Shown here in pieces: positions 50,348 through 57,702 of a DNA stretch of 64,000 bases. The stretch spans positions 1,280,001 through 1,344,000 of the forward strand of contig CBDCXV010000001.1 in the NCBI GenBank assembly GCA_965223905.1, written 5' to 3'. How positions within the stretch are numbered: position 1 is the stretch's first letter; the number at the start of each line of letters is the position of its first letter. The notes under the pieces were generated by a model. That model saw nothing but the letters and a program-made list of their open reading frames with translations, ran no database searches and was not told where the DNA came from. The stretch comes from Candidatus Latescibacterota bacterium. Lineage in GTDB: Bacteria; Latescibacterota; UBA2968; UBA8231. A program made the position numbers and the translations under genes.

Positions 50348-51244
50348 TCATCCCAGCCCCAGGATGCCGAGACTGTCCCGGTGGATGATCTCCTCGAGCC
50401 TGTCTTCCGGCACGCGCGGCAGCTTCGTGCCCTCGACGATGTCGTTGACGCGGCGTACGTGATCGGCGGTCTCCCGCGCCGTGGCGATCGGGTAGTCGGA
50501 CCCGAACAGGATCTTGTCGAGCACGTTCCACTCCGTCGCCTTGATCATCTGCTCCCAGAACGAGAACGGGCGGTAGAAGTTCCCCGACAGGTCGGTGTAG
50601 ACGTTGGGGTGCTTGCGCACCACGACGCAGGTTTCGGTCTGCCACGGGTGGCCGAGGTGGGCCATGATGATCTTCAACTCCGGGTAGCGGGTGGCCAGCT
50701 CGTCAATGAGCAGCGGGTGGGCGTAGCGGATCGGGGCGTCGCGGATCGGCGAGGTCCCCTGGTGCAGCATCAGCGGCAGGCCCCGTCTCTCCGCTTCGGC
50801 GTAGATCGCCAGGGCGCGCGGGTCGAAAGGATCGAAGTTCTGGTAGTTTGCTCCCTGCTTGACGCCGGCGAGGCCGAGGTCGCTGTGGCAGCGCTCCAGC
50901 TCCTCGAGCGCTTGCGGGTCGTACGGGTGCAGGGTCATGAAACCGATCAGGCGCCCGGGGTGGGCGGCGACGAAGGCGGCGATGCCGTCGTTGAGGTTGC
51001 CCCGGTACCAGGGCTCCTGCTCCGGCGCCTCGAGTCCGGGCAGCCGCGGCTGCTCGCCCCCCGGATTGGTGGCGATGCTGAAGACGATCGACTTCTCCGC
51101 CGGCTCCTGCGCTTCGAGGTAGTCCTCCCAGCAGGTGGTCACCTTGACCGGCCGGTCGGGGCGCCAGACGTGGTTGTACTGGTCCGGCTCGCCTGTGAGG
51201 GGGTCCTTGTAGAGCGGCGGATGGGTGTGGACGTCGACGATCAT
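50348..51244 (-). CDS. Amidohydrolase_2 family protein
   Basis: MIVDVHTH, MLHQG, MAHLGHP, LFGSDYP. Confidence 0.92.
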   Translation of the reverse strand: MIVDVHTHPPLYKDPLTGEPDQYNHVWRPDRPVKVTTCWEDYLEAQEPAEKSIVFSIATNPGGEQPRLPGLEAPEQEPWYRGNLNDGIAAFVAAHPGRLIGFMTLHPYDPQALEELERCHSDLGLAGVKQGANYQNFDPFDPRALAIYAEAERRGLPLMLHQGTSPIRDAPIRYAHPLLIDELATRYPELKIIMAHLGHPWQTETCVVVRKHPNVYTDLSGNFYRPFSFWEQMIKATEWNVLDKILFGSDYPIATARETADHVRRVNDIVEGTKLPRVPEDRLEEIIHRDSLGILGLG

Positions 51245-52626
51245 GGTATCATCATCTCCTTCTGCAGGATGTCTCCCGCTATGGCGTAGGTCGTTCCGTG
51301 CATGGCGATCACCACCAGGCCGATATCCTGGGCGAGGTAGCCGCCGGCGTACAGGCCGGGGACGTCGATCGACTCGTAGCTGTGCGGGTGGGTGCGCATC
51401 TGGTGCACCTGGAACCGGTACGGGTCGTGCTTTTCGAACAGGCGCAGCCGCGGAAATCCCTGGAAAACCGAGTAATCCGGCCAGCCGCCGATCTCCTTGA
51501 CGACGTGATCGACCTCGATGCGGCGCTCGGCGCCGTTGCCGGCCAGGGTCGCCAGGATCGCTTCGCCCGACGGTTCGAATTTCGTCGCCCGCGTTTCGTA
51601 GAGCGCTTCGAACCGCCGCCGGTCCCCTTCCATGATTTCGGCGATGCGGGCGTAGTAGGGAAGGCCGCCGCGGCTGTCGCCGATGAGCCGCCAGTGCCGC
51701 TCCCGGGGCTGGCGCATCGCGTAGCAGACCTGCCTGCCGGCGTCGTGCAGCTCGGTCGCCGCCCAGTCGGCGGAGCGCCCGCCCCCGATCACGAGCACCC
51801 GCTCCCCCGGAAAATCCTTCGCCCTGTCGTAGTAGCAGTGCACGCCGGGAAGCTCTTCCCCCGGGATCCCGAGCCGCCGCAGGATGCACCGCTGCCCCGC
51901 GGCGTAGACGAGATAGCGGCAGGTGTAGCGGCGCTGCTCGCCGCCGCCGGGATCCTCGAACGGCTGCGGCACCGGGGCCGACTTGGTGCCCAGGACCTGC
52001 TGCCGGCGGTGCCAGCCGGCGACGTCCCGCGTCGTCAGCAGGAACCCCTCCTCGTGCGGCTCGATGCGCTCGACGCGCTCGTTGGTGCGCATGCGGGACT
52101 CCTGTCCGAAGCGTTCGGGAATCGCCCGGTAGTAGTCGACGAGGTGGCGCTTGAGGATCAGGTCGTTGACGTCGTCGAGGTCGACGGACCGCTCCTCGAC
52201 GTGCTGCGCCAGGGGATGGAAGGCGAGCTCCATCCACTGGCCCGGCGACAGGGTCAGCAGGTTCTGCGGGACCTTGTTCCACAGCCCGCCCACCTCCTCC
52301 TGGGTTATCAGCAGGTAGTCGAGGGCGGGGCCGCGGCGGAACTCCATGGCGATCTGCTCGAGGTTCTCGAACAGCTGTCGCGGGTGATGGAGGATGCGGA
52401 ACAGGTCGACGGGGGCCAGCTGCGAGGCAAGCCCGCGGAAGTCCATTCCCAGCAGGGTTCCCCTGGTCCGGCGCAGGAAATCGCCCAGCTGGGGATACCG
52501 CTGCCGCAGGATCGGACTCTCCCGGAAGTGCGGATGCCAGCCGCCGAGCACGACCGCAAGCGCCAGACCGGCGGGTCCGCCGCCGACGATGATGGCGGTG
52601 TGATGTTCAGGTGGCGGTGCGTTCAT
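51241..52626 (-). CDS. FAD/NAD(P)-binding oxidoreductase, OSGIN-like
   Basis: IVGGGPAG, GGLW...LLTLSPGQWMEL, VIGGGRSA, GLYAGG. Confidence 0.85.
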   Translation of the reverse strand: MNAPPPEHHTAIIVGGGPAGLALAVVLGGWHPHFRESPILRQRYPQLGDFLRRTRGTLLGMDFRGLASQLAPVDLFRILHHPRQLFENLEQIAMEFRRGPALDYLLITQEEVGGLWNKVPQNLLTLSPGQWMELAFHPLAQHVEERSVDLDDVNDLILKRHLVDYYRAIPERFGQESRMRTNERVERIEPHEEGFLLTTRDVAGWHRRQQVLGTKSAPVPQPFEDPGGGEQRRYTCRYLVYAAGQRCILRRLGIPGEELPGVHCYYDRAKDFPGERVLVIGGGRSADWAATELHDAGRQVCYAMRQPRERHWRLIGDSRGGLPYYARIAEIMEGDRRRFEALYETRATKFEPSGEAILATLAGNGAERRIEVDHVVKEIGGWPDYSVFQGFPRLRLFEKHDPYRFQVHQMRTHPHSYESIDVPGLYAGGYLAQDIGLVVIAMHGTTYAIAGDILQKEMMIP

Positions 52627-52975
52627 GGGAAAGCGGGTGCCGGCTCGGCTCCGTGGGGAGGTTGTACCGCTGTTCAAGTCTCCTTGGATAACAAATGGAG
52701 AAAACTCGCGGAACGAGACACTGGCGAGGCTTCACCCCAGACCACCGAGGCATGTCGAGGTCGTCGGAGGAAACTTGACCCAAATACAACAAAACCGCGA
52801 ACCCAAGCAGGCTAGTTGTCAGTCAATCTAGCGTTTCGGGGAAAAGGTCTATACACCTTCGTGGACATGCCGGGGCTCTTCGGGTGGCGGGCCAAAGACA
52901 TGCAGGAAACGGCCGACCAGCTTGACCTCGACACCGGGTGCGCGAACCTTCAACCGATACTGGCCACCTCGCCGG

Positions 52976-53231
52976 CAAAAAAATCGCGTTTGTGTCAGAC
53001 CGTGATGGAAACTTCGAGATAAATGTCAGTGATCTTGGTTGGGCCAACGCGGTAAGGCTGACTGACCAGGAGGGGGCGGATCGCCATCCTGAGTGGTCTC
53101 TGGACGGTAGAAGCATCTGTATCGTGTCGGACCGTCCGGAGCCGATTCAGGAACTTGAAATGGAGGTGCAGCAATGAAGGCGAAGTGGGTGCGTGTCTTG
53201 ACACTGGCATCCTGCCTGGTCTTCTCCGGTC
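52976..53231 (+). repeat. ~255-bp direct repeat copy 1 (TolB/PD40 gene end + RBS + signal-peptide start); copy 2 at 54992-55057 + 56469-56657, split by IS256
   Basis: KIAFVSDRDGNFEI.VSD...VRLTDQ...GGTGCAGCAATGA(A/G)GGCGAAGTGG...CTGGTCTTCTCCGGTC in both. Confidence 0.93.
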
Positions 53232-53275
53232 CGGCCAAGATCTTCTCGCAACTGGCGGCGCCATCCGCATAACCC

Positions 53276-54853
53276 TTGCCAAGCCGGTGTTTCGAGCGCA
53301 GTTCATCCTCGCTATCGGACCCTGAGGCGGATACGACCGTCGATCTGTCATCATCCCACAGCGACTACTATTACCATTACGGATTCCACGCAGGATCCTT
53401 GCGGTCCGAGGTTGCGCTCCCGATTTACCATCCCGACCCGGATCATCTCTGGAATCGGTTGTTCGCGACTTTTTACATACGCAAGGTGGAGCCCCGGCGA
53501 GGGGGGCCCGGCTATTACGCTCCGATCGGGTACACTCCGAGCGAGCCGGGAATTGACCACAGGACGAATATCCCTGTGGAGCTTCCCATTTCCCACCGCG
53601 AGAAATGGGACCGGACGTACAACGACGAGGCGAATCTTCGGATCGAAGGCGGTGATGTCCTGGATCCGCCTCTCGAGCCTCATCCTGACACTCTCCTCGA
53701 GGGAGAGCATTTCACGGCGGCTCGCGAGGTCCTCGACGAGTTTCTACTCGCTGACGGGGCAGCTCTCGTGACCGACCCGGTGAAGCGGGTCATGCTGCAA
53801 CGCGATCTGTGGCACGTCTTTGATTACATGCAAAGGATCGCCTACTTGCCTGACGACGGTAGACGGAGACTCACCGCCGAGCAAAAGGGGAGGAGACAGC
53901 AGCTCGAGATCAGGATCGCGAAAGTCATGGCGTCTGTGGCCCTGACGGGTGATCAGATCGAGACACTGCCGGACACCTATGAGGATGCTGTCCGAAGTGG
54001 GCGATTCGTCTCCAGCCACGACGGCAGGCTCGGGGTTCCCTATCTGCCATCGGCTCTATTCGATTTTTCCAGCGATTGGATCGAAATCAAGACGAACCCA
54101 AGATGGGGCACACCGCCCTGGGTTTTCATCCACAGCGGGTGGCTCGGCCTCGACGGGCGGGCGTGGTTTCGCGGGTTTCTCCGATTTCCGGCAGAATTCG
54201 GTGGCCGAGCAGCCACCCGGAGCTATCTAGAGAACATTCGGTTTGAAGATCCGCCACGGCCCCCAGATGTGCCAGCCGGCACCGAGGCGGCATTGGTGCG
54301 AATCCTATTGACGATCAGCCAGGACGGGGAGATCGTGCCGACCCGTATCGTGGAACAGGTCCAGGTGCGAGTGCTGCAACACGTAGACGGAGAAAAGCAC
54401 CCCGACACGGACTCCGGATACGGTCAAAACCTATTTCAGCACGAGCTCATTCGAAGAGCCCTGTTTTCGAGCGCTGACAGTGGAGGCCTCCGCCACGTCT
54501 CCAATGAGGAGCCGCGCCACTGGTTTGGTGGGTGGCCGTTTTCGATGCTCTCGAGTCACGGGCCCGGACAACTCGTCCCCCTCCGTCAGACCTGCATTCA
54601 ATGCCACAAGCTCTGGGTTGACAAGGATACCTTCCCCGGTGGAAGCGTGAGTCATAGGCTCCAGCAATCGGGCGTAAAAAGACTGCCGGACGACTTTCCC
54701 TTCGGGAAATGGTCCCTGAGGTTTTCTCTGCAAGACGGGCCAATGCCAGTGTCGCCGGCAGAGGTTTCAGACCTCGCGGAGCTGGTCATCGCACACAAAA
54801 AATCGAGGAGAAACTTTCGGCACTTGATGGCGTACATGAAGGCTGAGGGATGA
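53276..54853 (+). CDS. Hypothetical protein with a single CxxCH motif (putative c-type cytochrome)
   Basis: 525-aa ORF; TCIQCHK near the C-terminus; in frame with the upstream signal peptide at 53174 except for TAA 53270-53272. Confidence 0.7.
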   Translation: MPSRCFERSSSSLSDPEADTTVDLSSSHSDYYYHYGFHAGSLRSEVALPIYHPDPDHLWNRLFATFYIRKVEPRRGGPGYYAPIGYTPSEPGIDHRTNIPVELPISHREKWDRTYNDEANLRIEGGDVLDPPLEPHPDTLLEGEHFTAAREVLDEFLLADGAALVTDPVKRVMLQRDLWHVFDYMQRIAYLPDDGRRRLTAEQKGRRQQLEIRIAKVMASVALTGDQIETLPDTYEDAVRSGRFVSSHDGRLGVPYLPSALFDFSSDWIEIKTNPRWGTPPWVFIHSGWLGLDGRAWFRGFLRFPAEFGGRAATRSYLENIRFEDPPRPPDVPAGTEAALVRILLTISQDGEIVPTRIVEQVQVRVLQHVDGEKHPDTDSGYGQNLFQHELIRRALFSSADSGGLRHVSNEEPRHWFGGWPFSMLSSHGPGQLVPLRQTCIQCHKLWVDKDTFPGGSVSHRLQQSGVKRLPDDFPFGKWSLRFSLQDGPMPVSPAEVSDLAELVIAHKKSRRNFRHLMAYMKAEG

Positions 54854-55057
54854 ATCGAGAATGGGAGGAAATGCGTTTCTCTCACGCAATCGATAACGTG
54901 TCGAATGGCCCTAAAGACACCCAAAAAGTGGCGGTCGTCGGTCTTATAAACCGCACGACCAGGTTGCTCAGTATTCTGCGCCCCGACGGCTCAAAAATCG
55001 CATTTGTGTCAGACCGTGATGGGAACTTCGAGATATATGTCAGTGATCCTGGTGGGG

Positions 55058-56460
55058 GAGGTCACGTCAAGAGGTGTGTAAATTAAATGAGATCAGGCGG
55101 CCTTCAACCTTCTCTTGGTGGATGTTCCTTTGTTCTTGATGGGTTTCCCATCCTGGTATTGTTGTCCGGCGTAGACGAGGGGCAGTAATTCGGGCGCATT
55201 GAGTTTTCGAAAGCGTTTTTCTGCCACCATCAACACACGCCAAATCAGAGCGGTCGCTCCCTGGACGCGTTTGTAGCGTTTTCCGGCATTAGTCCTCAAG
55301 CGTACCGAAGCAAAGGGGCTCTCGACCGGATTGGTTGTGCGCAGGTGTTTCCAGTGCTCCTTGGGAAAGTCGTAGAAGGTGACCATGCGCTCCCAGTCGC
55401 GTTCGAGGGTGGCTACCGCCTGCGGATACCGGTCGCGGTAGCGGCGGGCAAACGTGGTACGTCGTTTCTCGGCCTCCTGGCGCGTCTCGGCCGAAGGGAT
55501 CTGCGTCAGCAACGCCCGAGCCTTTCCCTGAACCCGCTTCGGCAGGTCATCGAGCACGTTGAGGATCTTGTGATTCCAGCAGCGCTGGTGCGATGCCTGC
55601 GGCCACACCTGTTCGGTGGCGCTCCAAATTGGGAGGCCCCCGTCGGCCATCAACAGCAGCGGGGCCCGCAGACCCCGATCGCGCAGGTCGCGCAGGACCT
55701 TCAGCCAGGACTCCGTCGACTCGCGGTGGCCGGGCCACACGGCCAGTACCTCTTTCCGGCCATCACTCATGGCGCCGATGACGACCAGCAGGGCCGCCTT
55801 GTCCTTCTCCAACCCGGCCTTGACGTAGATGCCATCCGCCCACGCATACACCAGTTCGCGGTCGTCGAGACGTCGCTCTCGCCAAGTCTCCAGCTCCTCC
55901 TCCCACTGCGCCCGCAGCCGGCCAATGGACGAAGCCGACAGGGGAGCGCCGTTGCCCAAAAGCCCCCGCAAAGCCAGTTCGAAGTCACCCTGAGACAGCC
56001 CGTGCAGGTAGAGCTCGGGCAACATCCGGGTCACCTCGTGGGTACGGCGCATGAACAGCGGCAGAATACGACTCTCAAAGCGCTCTTCCAATCCCCGAAC
56101 GCGCGGCCGTCTCACCTCGATGGTGCCCGACATCAACGACACCTGTCGCAGTTTGCCGTGTCCGTTGCGGGAGCCGGGGGTGCCGTCTACGGCGGACCGT
56201 CGCTGGTAGCGCGTCCGCCCCAGAAACTCCGTCACCTCCTCCTCCAGAACCCGTTGCAACAGATCCTGGATCGAGGATCGGGCCCAGTTTTCCAACGTGG
56301 CGAACGTGGGCATGGCCGGGGCTACAGATTCCAGCGTAGATTCTCTCATGGCGACTCTCTCCTTCCGTGCCCGGAGGCTACCGGGCGGTTTTGGTTGGAA
56401 CTGTATAATGGAAGGTTAGGGTCGCCTTTTCTCTTTTTCCACACCTATTGAAGGTAGCTC
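55058..56460 (-). mobile_element. IS256-family insertion sequence
   Basis: Imperfect terminal inverted repeats (GAGGTCACGTCAAGAGGTGTGTAAA vs GAGCTACCTTCAATAGGTGTGGAAA, 19/25); 8-bp target duplication TGGTGGGG at 55050-55057 and 56461-56468. Confidence 0.96.
55093..56349 (-). CDS. IS256 (Mutator) transposase
   Basis: RNGH, YAWADG, MADG, QRCWNHK, LRTTNPVES. Confidence 0.96.
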   Translation of the reverse strand: MRESTLESVAPAMPTFATLENWARSSIQDLLQRVLEEEVTEFLGRTRYQRRSAVDGTPGSRNGHGKLRQVSLMSGTIEVRRPRVRGLEERFESRILPLFMRRTHEVTRMLPELYLHGLSQGDFELALRGLLGNGAPLSASSIGRLRAQWEEELETWRERRLDDRELVYAWADGIYVKAGLEKDKAALLVVIGAMSDGRKEVLAVWPGHRESTESWLKVLRDLRDRGLRAPLLLMADGGLPIWSATEQVWPQASHQRCWNHKILNVLDDLPKRVQGKARALLTQIPSAETRQEAEKRRTTFARRYRDRYPQAVATLERDWERMVTFYDFPKEHWKHLRTTNPVESPFASVRLRTNAGKRYKRVQGATALIWRVLMVAEKRFRKLNAPELLPLVYAGQQYQDGKPIKNKGTSTKRRLKAA

Positions 56461-56599
56461 TGGTGGGGATATAACGCGGTAAGGCTGACTGACCAGGGGG
56501 GGCGGATCGCCATCCTGTCTGGTCTCCGGACGGGAGAAGCATCTGTTTCGTGTCGAACCGTCCGGAGCCGATGCAGGAACTTGAAAAGGGGGTGCAGCA

Positions 56600-57477
56600 A
56601 TGAGGGCGAAGTGGATACGTGTCTTGACGCTGGCATCCGGCCTGGTCTTCTCCGGTCAGGTGCACGGACATTTCGGCGACAGGATCTTGCCCATACTCGA
56701 AATCACCGATGGCATGCTCGCACAGATCGAGCTGGACGGATTGATCGATGAGTGGCCGGAAGTATATGGGGAGCCGACACTCACGCCATTGGATTTCTCC
56801 AGATATCATTACGATCCTGCGGATCTGGATTTCCGCGTATGGCTGGGCTTGCACGACGCCACGGATCGGATATACGTGGGGGCGGTGTTTTTGACGACTC
56901 ATATTGGACGGACTACAAGGAAGCAGATCCCCGGGGATGGTGGGATGAGGACAGTATGGAACTGGTAATCGATGGCGACCATAGCGGTGGAAATTTTTTG
57001 ATGGATGATCATGGGGATCTTACTCTGGAAACCTACAGTCTGGCGCAACCTTACGACGCCATCGCGAGCATCCCGGTTGGACCGAACGTGGGGATTCGGG
57101 GCGTAAGCCTCATGTTCGATATAAGAGAGCCGGTCTACGATTGGATGGTGAAGCCGCCGTACAGTGAGGGCAGCGGTGGGGTGTACGGCGAGAATCCGAC
57201 CGTCTCGGTCATTGAATTCTATGTCACGCCATTCGATGCCATTTCCTGGGATGATCCGCAAGAGAGCTTCGTATCGGATCTGCAGGCAGGTAAGGTGATC
57301 GGCTTGGAGGTCTGGGTATTTGATGTCGACCCGGGCAAGCGTATCCGGGACCCGCATTTGGCAAATGGAGTAGGCTTTAGATGGGCGGACGGCTTTGCCG
57401 ATGGCGTCTTGATCGGGGCCTCGGACACTGCTGTGCGCGAGGATTCCTGGGGGTGGATCAAGGACTCCTTGAGGTGA
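56600..57477 (+). pseudogene. Secreted CBM9/DOMON-like protein with C-terminal SWGxIK motif, frameshifted in a T-run near 56890
   Basis: Signal peptide; IELDGLIDEW, DLDFRVWLG; continues in another frame as DDSYW..DSMELVIDGDHSGG..TAVREDSWGWIKDSLR. Confidence 0.8.
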
Positions 57478-57702
57478 GATGTACTACCCGACTCACGGAA
57501 TCCACGACACCCGGGCAGAATAGAGATGGGAGATTCAGTCCTTTATCCCTCTCCCGTAATCCCTTTGGAATGTGCTCGCGAGCGCGGGTCGCCGCTGAGA
57601 CTACAACGCAGGCAGAAGACCCAGGCACGCGCCCTCCCAACGCCGCATTCGGCCGGGGACCTGAGAAAACGGTCCCCCGTCAACTACGAGAGATGTCACC
57701 GA

